A stretch of 64,000 nt of DNA from Octopus bimaculoides (GCF_001194135.2 NC_069002.1:3058384-3122383); one strand, 5' to 3'. Shown: positions 38,004-51,570, numbered from the stretch's first letter. The notes: generated from the letters alone by a model not told the origin. A program made the numbers and translations.

Positions 38004-38449
38004 TTAAATTTAGATGTTGAAGTGAATCTAACGGTTTTTGTGTGTTTCTTAAATGTCTTATAAACACTTTCCACGCTGCAATTGTTTTTGTTTATATACA
38101 TATAAATATGTACATACATACATACATACATACATACATACATACATACATACATACATGCATGCATACATATATATATGTACATATACTACATACATAT
38201 AGATAGAGATAGATAGATAGATGTTGATGTCTCTGTCATCGCCTCAATAGCAACTGTTATCAGTGTTTGGTAATGAGCTGTAAACTGAAGCGATAATGAT
38301 AGCTTGAAACTTTTGCCAAAGCGTAAATCACTATTCTCAATATAGAATCATAACAATTGTCTGCTTTGTTTAGAGACATATGTCTCATGAAACTATCAAT
38401 AGAATGACAACGTTTGTCACATGATTGGCAGCTATAACTTCTTTCAATA

Positions 38450-38462
38450 CCAGGTGGCGCTG
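38450..38462 (+). promoter_or_regulatory. CTCF-like motif
   Basis: CCAGGTGGCGCTG matches the CCAG(G/A)(T/G)GGCGC core; outside any recognised repeat. Confidence 0.3.
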
Positions 38463-38569
38463 AACTACTCTTAGGTTACGTCGATTCCAGTAACTTCGAG
38501 AAGCTAAGATGACAACTGTTAGAAAGGCTACAAGCTAACTACTTGAAGAGATTATTTGTATGTATAGAA

Positions 38570-38795
38570 ATGGCAGCAAGCAGACAGAATCGTTCAAACG
38601 TCGGAGGAAAAATACTTTGCAGCATTTATTCCGGCATTTTACTTTCTAAGTTCAAATACCACCGAGGCTTACCTTGCCCTTCATCTTTTCGGGGTCACAC
38701 CAGTTGACGGTTTTAGCGATTTCTTCACTACCCTGAAATTGTTGGCCTTTCAGCCCTTTCCCTGAAATCACTGGTCTTGTGCCCAAACTTGAAGC
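38570..38795 (+). mobile_element. SINE family A, degenerate (first of a tandem pair)
   Basis: GCAGACAGAATCGTT...CTAAGTTCAAATACCACCGAGG...CTTCATCTTTTCGGGGTC...GGTCTTGTGCCCAAA. Confidence 0.8.
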
Positions 38796-38807
38796 TATGG
38801 GGATGAA

Positions 38808-39020
38808 GGCATCGAGCTGGCAGAGTCGTTGGCACGTAGGGCCAAACACTTAGCGGCATTTCGTCCGGTTTTACGTTCTGATTTCAAATGCCACCGGGGG
38901 TCGACTTTGTCTTTCATCGCTTTGTGGGGAGAGGGCGTCAATAAAATAAGTAGTAGTACAGAGATCGATGAACTCGGCTTTTCCCCCCTCCCCCGAAATT
39001 GCTGGCTTTGTACCAAAAAT
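38808..39020 (+). mobile_element. SINE family A (second of the tandem pair)
   Basis: GAGCTGGCAGAGTCGTT...CTTAGCGGCATTTCGTCC...GTCGACTTTG...CCCCCGAAATTGCTGG. Confidence 0.9.
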
Positions 39021-39333
39021 GAAAACCAATATGATGGGGAGCATTTCCCTTAGGTTTTGTTTCAATTTTGCATATTTAATGCGATTCCTTTCAAAATGCT
39101 TCGATATGGACTAGTTGAGATAGAGAAACGAACACCCAATCCAACGAGAAACGTATTTAAAATAACCGTAAACAAATATGGGTGTATAAACGCCCTCGTT
39201 TATACATTTGTGCAAGTCGGTCGGCAAAAGCTGAACGTTCATATACATATGTATATATATTACATGCAATGTGTGTATACACATAGACACACACACACAC
39301 ACAGAAAGAGAGATATACCTAGATATAAATGCG

Positions 39334-39556
<223 letters not shown>

Positions 39557-40014
39557 ATATATGTATATGTAAGGTATACTATTTTTATTAAAGATACAAT
39601 TAATTAACCGGATAATTACTTAATTAAGAATGCACTACGAATGTTATAAATTACATTCTTAATTATCCAAAAATACTGTATAGTGCATTATTAATTAATT
39701 AATTATCCACCTTGTCAGAGCATGCAATATTAGCGAAATGAGGTAAGCTATTCAGGCTGTGGCCCCGGTTAACATACGTCATAAACAGATGAAATTTTCT
39801 AATCTCAACGGAGACGAGTTTCCTTCCTTGATGTAAGTTTAAGGGCATTGAAGGCTAGTTTGATCGACCGCCTTTTATCGATGCACAGTGCTGTTGTATC
39901 TGCGGGGATGGAATTAGCCAAGTTTGATTGCTTTTTAAAACGAGGTTAAATTTTATGTATATTAATTGGCAATCTAAGTCGCATTTCGAATGAGCCACAA
40001 GCGCCTCCAGATGC

Positions 40015-40378
<364 letters not shown>

Positions 40379-41164
40379 TGTGAGTGTACGAGAATCACAA
40401 AGAAAGAAAAACTGTTGTAAGGAAGCTCTTCTTGTTCGTCAGCTTGTGTAACGAAGCAGTCGTCGCGTTCATAGTGCTGTCACAATTTACAGCAGGGATC
40501 TTTCGTCCCATCTCCACCCACGAAAAAAGTCTATAGGGTTTCGGGGCGAATGAAACTAATATCTGAGTCTAATTTTGTTGTGTACGACTTATTCCTAAAA
40601 TCATGATCTTAATATTATCCGCCACACAAGGAGACGAATTTAGGCCGGCGCAGGCATTCTTTGCCAAGATCCTTAAAATCGACACGATGCTTTCCATGTT
40701 TATTCTTAAGATAGCAATAATTTACGACCGTTCATTAACAACAACAGCAGTGCACCACACTAATTCCTTTATATAATTTACTGTCCATCTTATTTGATAT
40801 CCCCTTCTGGGAGGGAACCTGTCATTCATCTCTCCGAATCGATGATATATCTAGCAGATATAGGTGATACGCAGGAGGTGATTCAATTGCGTATATCACC
40901 TATCACATGGCAAATATTGATCTTCTGACTTGACGAAGTAAAGAAATCGATCTGTGTTATTTATTTTCACGACCTACATGCACGAACACACACATGTACA
41001 TACGCGCGCGTGCGGGCGAGAAAATATACACTGTCGTCTGCAACGAACGTTATTCTCAGCTTTCTCCTTATATGTATGTATAATGCTTGTACTTGTGTAT
41101 ATATGTATGTATCTTTGTATTTAGGTATGCAGGTAAGGATGTATGCAAATATACATGTATAAAT

Positions 41165-41197
<33 letters not shown>

Positions 41198-42012
41198 NNN
41201 NNNNNNNNNNNNNNNNNNNNNNNNNNNNNNNNNNNNNNNNNNNNNNNNNNNNNNNNNNNNNNNNNNNNNNNNNNNNNNNNNNNNNNNNNNNNNNNNNNNN
41301 NNNNNNNNNNNNNNNNNNNNNNNNNNNNNNNNNNNNNNNNNNNNNNNNNNNNNNNNNNNNNNNNNNNNNNNNNNNNNNNNNNNNNNNNNNNNNNNNNNNN
41401 NNNNNNNNNNNNNNNNNNNNNNNNNNNNNNNNNNNNNNNNNNNNNNNNNNNNNNNNNNNNNNNNNNNNNNNNNNNNNNNNNNNNNNNNNNNNNNNNNNNN
41501 NNNNNNNNNNNNNNNNNNNNNNNNNNNNNNNNNNNNNNNNNNNNNNNNNNNNNNNNNNNNNNNNNNNNNNNNNNNNNNNNNNNNNNNNNNNNNNNNNNNN
41601 NNNNNNNNNNNNNNNNNNNNNNNNNNNNNNNNNNNNNNNNNNNNNNNNNNNNNNNNNNNNNNNNNNNNNNNNNNNNNNNNNNNNNNNNNNNNNNNNNNNN
41701 NNNNNNNNNNNNNNNNNNNNNNNNNNNNNNNNNNNNNNNNNNNNNNNNNNNNNNNNNNNNNNNNNNNNNNNNNNNNNNNNNNNNNNNNNNNNNNNNNNNN
41801 NNNNNNNNNNNNNNNNNNNNNNNNNNNNNNNNNNNNNNNNNNNNNNNNNNNNNNNNNNNNNNNNNNNNNNNNNNNNNNNNNNNNNNNNNNNNNNNNNNNN
41901 NNNNNNNNNNNNNNNNNNNNNNNNNNNNNNNNNNNNNNNNNNNNNNNNNNNNNNNNNNNNNNNNNNNNNNNNNNNNNNNNNNNNNNNNNNNNNNNNNNNN
42001 NNNNNNNNNNNN

Positions 42013-42072
<60 letters not shown>

Positions 42073-42197
42073 GTGTGTATGTATATATAAAGAGAGAGAT
42101 AGAGAGAAGGAAAGAGAGGGGGAGTACCAATATAGTGTAGGTTATCAATAAACATTTGCAAGTAATCATAGCCAAATATCTATCCACCATATTCTTC

Positions 42198-42310
42198 GAT
42201 ATGGCTGTTGTAACGTGTTCAAGAAGTTCGTTTCTCAACATCGTAATTTGGGGTTTGATCACACAGCAGATCTCCGTGAATTATAAAAAAAAAAGTACTG
42301 ACCAGGCTTA
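42198..42310 (+). mobile_element. SINE family B, degenerate and internally deleted
   Basis: ATATGGCTGTTG...AAGAAGTTCGTTTCTCAAC...GGGGTTTGATC...AAGTACTGACCAGGCTT. Confidence 0.45.
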
Positions 42311-42965
42311 ATAACTATCTTTATGCACAGTTGATACACAACTGTCCTTTGCCAGCGTTTACTTCTTGGCTGTTTTAGTTAAGAGCTGCCATATTTATTA
42401 TGTATTATGCAATGCTTTTCCAGAAACTTTCTATGTTCCATGCTGTTGAATCTAGTTACTTTACATTCCTGTGTGTTCCTATAAAATCATATGTTATAGT
42501 CATCATTACAAATGTGTTAATGGTATACTTACTGTTCTTGCAACTGAAATGTGGTTTGAAAGTTATTTTTTATGGTTTTCGGATTGTTTAAATATTCATT
42601 TACTCTTCACACTCATTTTGCTTTTGCGCACGCAGTTTTACTTTCATCTCTCTACGTAAGTATTCCTACAAAACACAAAATAGAATTATTTAACTGCTGC
42701 ATTATCTTCTTCTCCTACATTTCAAGATTATCTCTCCGATTAACCAATTTGCCTCGTTGTATTGGCACCCTTCTTTTAGCGTTGCTGCACTACAAAGAAC
42801 ATTTCGATGTGCTCACTAAAATAAGAACAACTCTCATAAGACTTTCAAATATGAGTCCATTAACAGCATCTGATTTTTAGGTCATCAATTGAGAGATGTT
42901 GGATGGGGCCTCTTTTTCTTATCCAACGGAAGAACAAGATGAAGGAAATGAAGGCTTGTACGATC

Positions 42966-43007
42966 GCATTTCGCCCGGCGCGCTAACGTTTCTGCCAACT
43001 CGCCGCT
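42966..43007 (-). mobile_element. SINE family A, 5' fragment
   Basis: GCATTTCGCCCGGCGCGCTAACGTTTCTGCCAACTCGCCGC. Confidence 0.88.
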
Positions 43008-43062
43008 TTTCACCACCTTCAAAATATTAATAACAGCGACAATAATCGTTGCATTTTAATCC

Positions 43063-43094
<32 letters not shown>

Positions 43095-43577
43095 TGCAAG
43101 AAATGTTAATTGTTCATGCTATGCTTGTTATGTTATTCGTTGATTTTGTAGTTAAAATGTCCTCTCTCGATGGTTCTAGTAGCTTCACCTACCTTTGGCA
43201 GCTAATTACAACAAGTAATTTGGGTAGGATTAAAAAATAAAAATATTTTTAAAAAAACTCTTTCCAGACAATTAACTTCTTCTTTAAAGTCTATATTTAT
43301 TTACAATATTTATATTGAAACGTAATGTAGATATAAACACTGTCAATATCCATTCACTGAAGCTGAGGTTAATAGTGTGGAAAATATTAATTTTATTGCA
43401 CAATTCATCTGAGAGATTTTACACAGTCATTTTGAGTTGAAAATAGATTTTTTTCACTTCTTTGATTCCGTGATTAATCTAGATAAATCTATCAGTCATT
43501 TTTGTATTCTCAATGTTTGTCATAAAATTATTTTTTACAGGTGTTATGTCCTCGTTTTTTTTTCTTTCTCTTTTTTT

Positions 43578-43720
43578 TATGTTTCTCTAACTTCAAGCGT
43601 GTTGGTAATGTCGTGTATTCGTTCTTTCTCTCCGCACTTTAGTTTTAAAATCCCGCTGATCCTAGCTTTGCCTTTCGTTCTTTCGGGGGTCGATAATTAA
43701 AGTACCAGACTTGTATTGAG
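43578..43720 (+). mobile_element. SINE family A, degenerate
   Basis: CTTTGCCTTTCGTTCTTTCGGGGGTCGATAATTAAAGTACCAG. Confidence 0.7.
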
Positions 43721-44289
43721 TTCGTCTCCTTTCTGTCTTTCTTTCCCAATCAAATCTTTATATCGAGCTTATTTAAAATCTGTTGGTAGTGTCATTCTTC
43801 CTCTTTGCGCCCTAATTTAAAAATCCCAAAGTCTTTTTTTTTTATCGAGCCATCATCCAATCAGGCTGATTGCCCGGGCCAGCCTGAATAATTTCATTTT
43901 CCACCAGGAGGAGGGTAGCATTTTTAAGGTTCAAAGTCGTCTTATACGCTGCTATACAGAGAAATCATTGCAAATTCTCTTCATATTCTGTTTGCTCCAA
44001 CAAAAATTTCTCTTCATCTTTGCAGCTTGATAGCGAGAGATAATGAAATATTAAAGAATTGTAATGAACTTCAACTCAATTATATTGGACAAATTGTGTT
44101 AATTGCGATATCTCCTTCAATATTTATCCTTTCTGCATAATTCTCAATGGACAAGCATTGCTATATTCTCAGGTTTTCTCTTACAAATTCCTTCTGAACT
44201 AAGTTACTTATCAAATATTTAATTAACGGGCGTTTCTTTCCACACAACCTTCATATTTGCCTTACATTCTGCAGAATCTTGCTACTCGC

Positions 44290-44695
44290 TTCTTTTTCTT
44301 TCTTTTTCCCCCCTCTACTCTTTATTCATCTTCTTTATCTTCTGTTTCTCGCTCATCTTCTCTGCTTCCTTCTTTGTCATTTCTTATTCTCGCCCTTCTT
44401 TTTTCCCCTTTTTTCTTTCTCTTCATTTTCTATATTCTCTCGCTTCTCTTCTTTCTCCTTTTCATTCTATTTGTTCTTCTTCAACTTCTGTTGCGCTTTT
44501 CTTTTGCTTCGTTCTCTTTTCCTCTCTTCCTCCTCTTTTAGTCCTTCCACTTCTTCTAGTGTTTTTCCTTCTTCCTCGTCTTGTTCTCTCTCATCTTCTT
44601 TTCTTCTCTCCTTCCTTCTCCTCTTTTTTCTTTTTTCTCTTTTCTTCCTTCTTTAACCTCTATTGTTTCATCTTTTCTTTTTATTCTTTTTTCCA
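44290..44695. repeat. Polypyrimidine (CT/CTT) low-complexity tract
   Basis: Direct reading. Confidence 0.92.
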
Positions 44696-44699
44696 TTCA

Positions 44700-44815
44700 T
44701 ATTCTGAGTTCAAATCACGCCCAGCTCGACCTTACCTTTCAACCTTTCGCGGTCGATTAAAATAAGTACCAGTTGACTACTGGGGTCAATGTAATCGACT
44801 TGTCTCTTCTCTTCA
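44700..44815 (+). mobile_element. SINE family A, 3' half
   Basis: CTGAGTTCAAATCACGCC...GGTCGATTAAAATAAGTACCAGTTG..TACTGGGGTCAATGTAATCGAC. Confidence 0.88.
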
Positions 44816-44819
44816 AAAG

Positions 44820-44898
44820 AGTCATTCGACTAAAAATTCTTCGAGGCGGTGCCCCAGCATGGCCGCAATCGAATTATTAGAACAAGTAAAAGATTAAA
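44820..44898 (+). mobile_element. SINE family B, 3' tail
   Basis: CATTCGACTAAAAATTCTTCGAGGCGGTGCCCCAGCATGGCCGCA...AACAAGTAAAAG. Confidence 0.85.
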
Positions 44899-45136
44899 CA
44901 TACAAAAAAAACGGTACTATTGTCAAAATATGAAGCTTTGATTGTTTAGCCACTATCTTTTTATTGCATACCAAGTTAGAAACATTTGCGATCTAACTGC
45001 CGATCAATCCATTCAATTATCGATTATACAATCTACGTATTTATTTATCTATCCATCCATTTCTATGTTCATTTAACTAGCCTCTCATTTATCTGTCTAT
45101 TTAGCTATTTCTGTCTTTCTATCTACTATTTTTCTA

Positions 45137-45218
<82 letters not shown>

Positions 45219-45624
45219 TAAAGCTATTTATCACTTAATCTATCTCGCATTCATTGACGGTCGGCGTTTTAATTATAAGCTCAGTTTGTCCTTCTAATTG
45301 CTATCATGCTCACATTGTGTTACATAGCGTGTTACTAATTCAAAGAAGAGACGTAAATAAAAAAAAATTCATCTCCAAATATATATAAAAATATGCATGC
45401 ATATAAATGTGTGTGTGCACATGCGGGTATATGCATATGCGCATATATATATACAGACGAATATTTACATATATGTATATGTACATACACATATATCTAT
45501 ATATAAACATACATGCATACGTACATACATAAATAATCTATATATATATATGTATATATATAATGCACATATATACATATACATATATATGTACATCAAT
45601 CTATACTTGCATGTATATATATAC

Positions 45625-45693
<69 letters not shown>

Positions 45694-47542
45694 TACATAT
45701 TCACACATCCATTTATACACACACAACAGATTCACACACACACATACACACATACGCAAATACATATATTCCGGTGTCAGTATGGCGGTTCCATTTTATT
45801 ATATATTAATTAGAAGCATGGAATTAATCATAGGAGACAATATTTCATAATTCCTAGGTATTTTTCCGTCACCTCAAGACATTTCCACTGCGGAGGGGGT
45901 AGGAGAAGTGAGGGTGGTGGTGGCCATCATAGTGATGATTTGATAAATGTTTATCGCTTTTTAAATAGATTACTTGTTGTGTGTAGGTCACTTCTGGATG
46001 GATGTAATTCTTAGGTTACATTTGTAAGTGCATATTTAATTTGTCTGGTAAGTGGAATATATATTTTACTATATAGATATATGTATGCATGTGTATATGT
46101 ATGTATGTAGGTATTATGTAGGTATGTATGTACGTGTGCGTCTCTTTGCAAGTACACACGTAGACATACACAAAGACACAAACACAGACGCACACATTTA
46201 TCTCATTCATAAATAATGTAGACATTTATCATTTGTTTATTTCTGTAACTTGTCTCTGTCTCCACTCTAACATACATCGTATACATATATACATACGTAT
46301 ATTTATATATATATATATATATNNNNNNNNNNNNNNNNNNNNNNNNNNNNNNNNNNNNNNNNNNNNNNNNNNNNNNNNNNNNNNNNNNNNNNNNNNNNNN
46401 NNNNNNNNNNNNNNNNNNNNNNNNNNNNNNNNNNNNNNNNNNNNNNNNNNNNNNNNNNNNNNNNNNNNNNNNNNNNNNNNNNNNNNNNNNNNNNNNNNNN
46501 NNNNNNNNNNNNNNNNNNNNNNNNNNNNNNNNNNNNNNNNNNNNNNNNNNNNNNNNNNNNNNNNNNNNNNNNNNNNNNNNNNNNNNNNNNNNNNNNNNNN
46601 NNNNNNNNNNNNNNNNNNNNNNNNNNNNNNNNNNNNNNNNNNNNNNNNNNNNNNNNNNNNNNNNNNNNNNNNNNNNNNNNNNNNNNNNNNNNNNNNNNNN
46701 NNNNNNNNNNNNNNNNNNNNNNNNNNNNNNNNNNNNNNNNNNNNNNNNNNNNNNNNNNNNNNNNNNNNNNNNNNNNNNNNNNNNNNNNNNNNNNNNNNNN
46801 NNNNNNNNNNNNNNNNNNNNNNNNNNNNNNNNNNNNNNNNNNNNNNNNNNNNNNNNNNNNNNNNNNNNNNNNNNNNNNNNNNNNNNNNNNNNNNNNNNNN
46901 NNNNNNNNNNNNNNNNNNNNNNNNNNNNNNNNNNNNNNNNNNNNNNNNNNNNNNNNNNNNNNNNNNNNNNNNNNNNNNNNNNNNNNNNNNNNNNNGTCCT
47001 TCATTTTCGAAGAAAACCAAGACTCCGCCTTTTAGACATTGCTGACACTTCTTAAAGTACATTTCCAATCCTCCAATGGAGAACGCAGCTGCGTGAACCA
47101 TCGCAGATCCGTTTGCTCTCACGAGCGAGGAAACTACTCCAGCGCTGTTACTTCCATTCTTTCACTCATTCATGATACTTCATAACCGCAACGAAATATG
47201 CGTCTCGCTATTTATGGCTTATGAAATTTCATTGGAAGTATTAAATTCGTTCGCCGTTCTCAATCTGGTTGAGCCAGCCGAATGGTCAGAGTCATTGCCG
47301 AAACAGTGGTGCAGTGTTGGATATAAGATGTTTGACATTATCATTTTCAGCACCAACTATTTAGTGATCAATTAGATATTTCGTAGAGTCACAAGAGAGA
47401 ACAGGGTGTCAAGTGGGAGACAAATGGTACATGAGTTGTCTTGAAAACTGAGTTGCGGGACTCTTACCAAATACACTCTCCTGCCTTGACTTGTACTTCA
47501 GAAAGAAAAACGATTAATTATTTGATTATTTGAACCAATATG

Positions 47543-47898
47543 TCCATGCAGCCATTTATTCCGTCCATTATTCCGTGGGGAGGAGGATCGTTTGGGGCTA
47601 GAGTCCTATCTGAAGAAATCGCCATTACTCTTCCCTGCTGGATTCCTATGCGTGACACCAGCTTAGACAGTGGATAGTATCCAATCACGCCGTTCTTGGT
47701 CTCCTTCTAGCTTTTCTACCGGTTGGCTCAACTCGAAGGTTCCGTCATTGCGATTCTCTCCTGCGACATTCTAATCACTAACCACATTTCCGCATTGAGG
47801 CCTCTCGATGCGGAAAAGAAACGGCTCTAGCTGGGGAGACTCTTTGATCCCCAAGCAATGCACCCTGTCGAGTAACGTAAGTCCAGAAATCCAATGTC
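47543..47898 (-). mobile_element. RTE-clade LINE (Rex3/Expander-like) 3' end, pseudogenised
   Basis: Minus strand with frameshifts: GLTLLDRVHCLGIKESPQLEPFLFRIERPQ / MSQERIA / RNLRVEPTGRKARRRPRTA*LDTIHCLSW / RIGIQQGRVMAISSDRTL, then a degenerate ATGG tail. Fits the Rex3-type C-terminus (..EPLLL.IERSQ.RW.GH..RM...PTG.RPRGRPRTRW.D....AWERLGI..). Confidence 0.85.
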
Positions 47899-48776
47899 TT
47901 TCTTACAATTTTCAAGACTTCAGGGCAAGATTTGGAGAAGATTTCGCAACTATTTCTAACAATCACGTGTCAAAACCAGTAACATTAGTGTGCGAGCACT
48001 TATTTAGATTCAGAAGTAAACTTTTATTGGGACATGATCGCCGACACGGTTTCAAATTCTTGTATAAAGCTATCTTCACTTCCGTCGCTAATATCACCGA
48101 TAGAAACATTATTAACGTCAACCAAATTTCATTTCCCTTTGCCTATAAATCTGAAACGTTGTATTTATATAAGAAATCGATATTGTTGACGGTGACACGG
48201 CTTGTATCGATCTAGCTGCTAACTACCTGTTGCATAGTCGAAGAGAGAAGATTGCTCTATTTAATGATACGGCAGGTATTTCTCGATTATCACCTCGGCA
48301 TTAATTATGATATACGCGTACAGAAATGCTTAGTGGTTGTTCATTTGTGGTTCAGCTATTCTCTTTTCCAACAACGCCCTCTCATTCTCTCTCTCTCTCT
48401 CTCTCTCTCACCCTCTCTCTCCTCTTGTCTCTCTCTTTCTCTCCCTTTCTCTCTCCCTCTCTCTAACTGTATCTTTCTTTCCTTCTTACGCACACACGCA
48501 AACACATTCACAAATATAATACGCACACGCAGACAAGTGCATATGTATAATTACTCGTATATAATTATTGTATACATATATATGTATATATATACATATA
48601 TATATACACACAGAGACACATACGTACGCGCACACATATATGTGTGCGTGTATGTATGTATGTATGCATACATATATTGTAATGTGTATCTATTTAACAG
48701 ATTTGTGTAATGTGTCAAACGTTGATTAACTATTATATGATGTAGAGTCACTCTCTTTATAACTGTCACATTTCCT

Positions 48777-48834
<58 letters not shown>

Positions 48835-49582
48835 ACATGCTTAGGTTGTATATATTTACTGAGAAGAATAAAAGTAGCGTTTCTCATGGAACATACATGC
48901 ATAAATACACACACATACCAGCATATATATATATATATATATATTCACACAAGTCTATACATTTGTCTGTGTGTACGCACGTGTTACGTATCTGTGCGTG
49001 AGCGCGTGTGTGATCCACTTCTTATCTAACACGTTCGCCTCCGATTTTTTTTTTCAATTCTAATTGTTCTTGCGTTCATGCCTACATAGTCGCTTGGTCT
49101 CCGCATCTCTCTCTATATACGCATCGATACGAACAAGAGTAAATATCGATTGATTTGTTTACTGAGATAAACCATTTGATATGACTATGGTGGCGAATAC
49201 AAAACTGTGGTGAATGTTAACGTGAACGGGCGATATCTAAAATCCGAGATCAATTGAAAGCAGGTTACGAACTCGGTTCAATGATAGATGACGTATCCTG
49301 CTACAACTAACGCTCGCCATACTATCAGTAAAGATATACCCAGGCGGTGTACAAACCAACAACTGAGCTCTGTATATCCGTACAATCTGGGAATAGTGAC
49401 TAAAATTACCTCAGCTCTTATTCTTGAACCGAAGGGCTCATAAGACCAGTTACTCGGGTTCCTTGGTGAATAAGCTGCCGAGATCGCAACATTCCTTTGC
49501 TGAGCGGACGCCGGTCCGTTGCGGGATTCAAAGACAGTAATTTTGAAGGCGAGGTACAAATCTCTGTATGAACCACAGTACA

Positions 49583-49712
49583 TGACTGGTGCTATATTTC
49601 ATCGACCCTAAATGAATTGAAAATAAGTTTGACCTGGGCGTCATTTGACCTCAAACGAAAAAGACCTGTAATAAATTCTGTCCGGTCTATTAACGAATCT
49701 GCCAACTCGCTA
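49583..49712 (-). mobile_element. SINE family A, degenerate
   Basis: ACTGGTGCTATATTTCATCGACCC...TTTGACCTGGGCG.CATTTGACCTC...TAACGAATCTGCCAACTCGC. Confidence 0.7.
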
Positions 49713-49764
49713 CCAAATATCAATGTTAACTTGTGTATTTACATATTGGAAGAATCTTTTTAAC

Positions 49765-49783
49765 TATCTAAAAGCCCCACCTC

Positions 49784-49821
<38 letters not shown>

Positions 49822-50100
49822 CCTCTCTCTATCTATCTACCTCTATTTATCTATCTATCTATCAACCTCTATTATTCTATCTATCGACCTCTATCTTTCT
49901 ATCTTATTATTCTATCTATCTAGCTCTATCTACTTCTATCATTCTGTTTATCTATCTATCTACCTCACTTTATCTATCTGTGTACCTCTATCATTCTTTC
50001 TATCTATCTAGCTCTATTTATCTATCTATCTACCTCTATCGTTCTTTCTATCTATCTACCTGTATTATTCTATCTATCCACCTCTGTCTATCTATTTATC
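49765..50100. repeat. Degenerate (TATC)n block
   Basis: Direct reading. Confidence 0.92.
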
Positions 50101-51046
50101 TCTTGATATCATGAGCTCATGGTCTCCATACGACATGCTGAAGTTCTATTTTAGCGAAACGCACGTTCGATTGGTGCATACTCCGGTGATTTCCGCATGA
50201 ATCAAACCAATTTAACAAAAAAAAAAAATTACTTTATTCTGGGAGACATTTTATCGAATCAACTTTTGCAATAAAATACTCAAATACATGCAAGAATATT
50301 TGAATATCACTGAAGTAAGCATTCTTGATTATTCAACCAGCCCAACATCCCCCCTTTGCACCACTCACGCCACCTCACATTACCGCACAATGTCTCATGC
50401 TACCACACACCAACTCACGCCATCTCTAATTAGAAAAATCAATTAGATAATTTGGGTCATCTGAAATAGTTGAATCGAAATACCAATATCGTTTATTTTT
50501 TCATTGTTGTTATTTAGGTTCTTTTTTTTTATTTCCATGGTGTTTAGTGAGGAATAGGTTTCGTTTTTGTCTTTTGTTTTTTTTCTATGGGTGCCATTTA
50601 TAAGTTGATTTAGGCGTCACAATTAATTTCACTGGAATCTTTCAATAATTATCTTCCAATAATTTTCTCGAATGTTCTGTCTTGCAATATGGTTTTAGTA
50701 ATTGTTTTCTTTTCATCATCATTATTCCATACTCATCGTCTGCTAAATGTTACATTCATGTTTAAAACGCCATCTTCTTTTTATTTTGTGAAGCTAGAGC
50801 ATTTCGACTTGTGCTGATTTGCTCCGTCTTGTTTCGGCTTCATTTTCTTAATTCTTGCGACGACTTTTTGTTGTGGTTGCTTCTGCTGTCGTCTTTTGTT
50901 TTGCTAGTTTCATGGATTCGATCTTGTGCCCATGCTGTGTCAATTACTTTAACAGTAGAATCGTTGAAAGCAATCCCATTTCTTATTTTGTCTACTGTTG
51001 AATGTACATATGTGTGTGGGTGTATCTGTTTGTGTGTGCGTGCGAG

Positions 51047-51089
<43 letters not shown>

Positions 51090-51179
51090 TGTATGCATGT
51101 CAATGATATACATTTATATGTATGTACACGTATGTATAAGTATGCGTGAAAGTATAAATGTGTGTGTGTATATATATAT

Positions 51180-51316
<137 letters not shown>

Positions 51317-51498
51317 TGCGTTTGTGTGTACAAATACGTATGCATGTATGTATGTATTTTTTGTTTGTTTCTTTGTATGTATCGTAATCAGAAGGATAAA
51401 TGGCTGTAAGAAGTGAAGCCGGACCGGAGCAGAATTTGAACTGAAATGCGTCACTAATTTCAGACTATAAAGGAGAACCACTTTTTGAATATATTCTG

Positions 51499-51570
51499 TA
51501 TCTTATCTACTCCGACTTATCTACTTCCTCCATATCTTATCTACTCCGACTTATCTTATCTACTTCGACT
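51499..51570. repeat. 24-bp direct repeat TATCTTATCTACTCCGACTTATCT (2 copies plus a partial third)
   Basis: Copies at 51499-51522 and 51533-51556; partial at 51557-51570. Confidence 0.9.

Larger units (their letters stand above)
37841..38055. repeat. Long inverted repeat: 99-bp arms (37841-37939 and 37957-38055), 5 mismatches, 17-nt spacer; PLE terminal-repeat-like
   Basis: Arms aligned base by base; the left arm starts at a gap edge, so it may be longer. Each arm holds a hammerhead motif. Confidence 0.95.

Noticed and set aside
40930-40955. TTGACGA...GAAATCGATC hammerhead-like run
   Set aside because: No stem II or stem I.
46996-47160. CpG-rich stretch with an open minus frame (GSAMVHAAAFSIGG, faintly Tc1-like)
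   Set aside because: Similarity too short, key Trp absent, truncated by a gap.
50951-50999. AACAGTAGA/TCTACTGTT inverted repeat and the ORF end STVDKIRNG...
   Set aside because: Inner region pairs poorly; the ORF is only the tail of a microsatellite frame.
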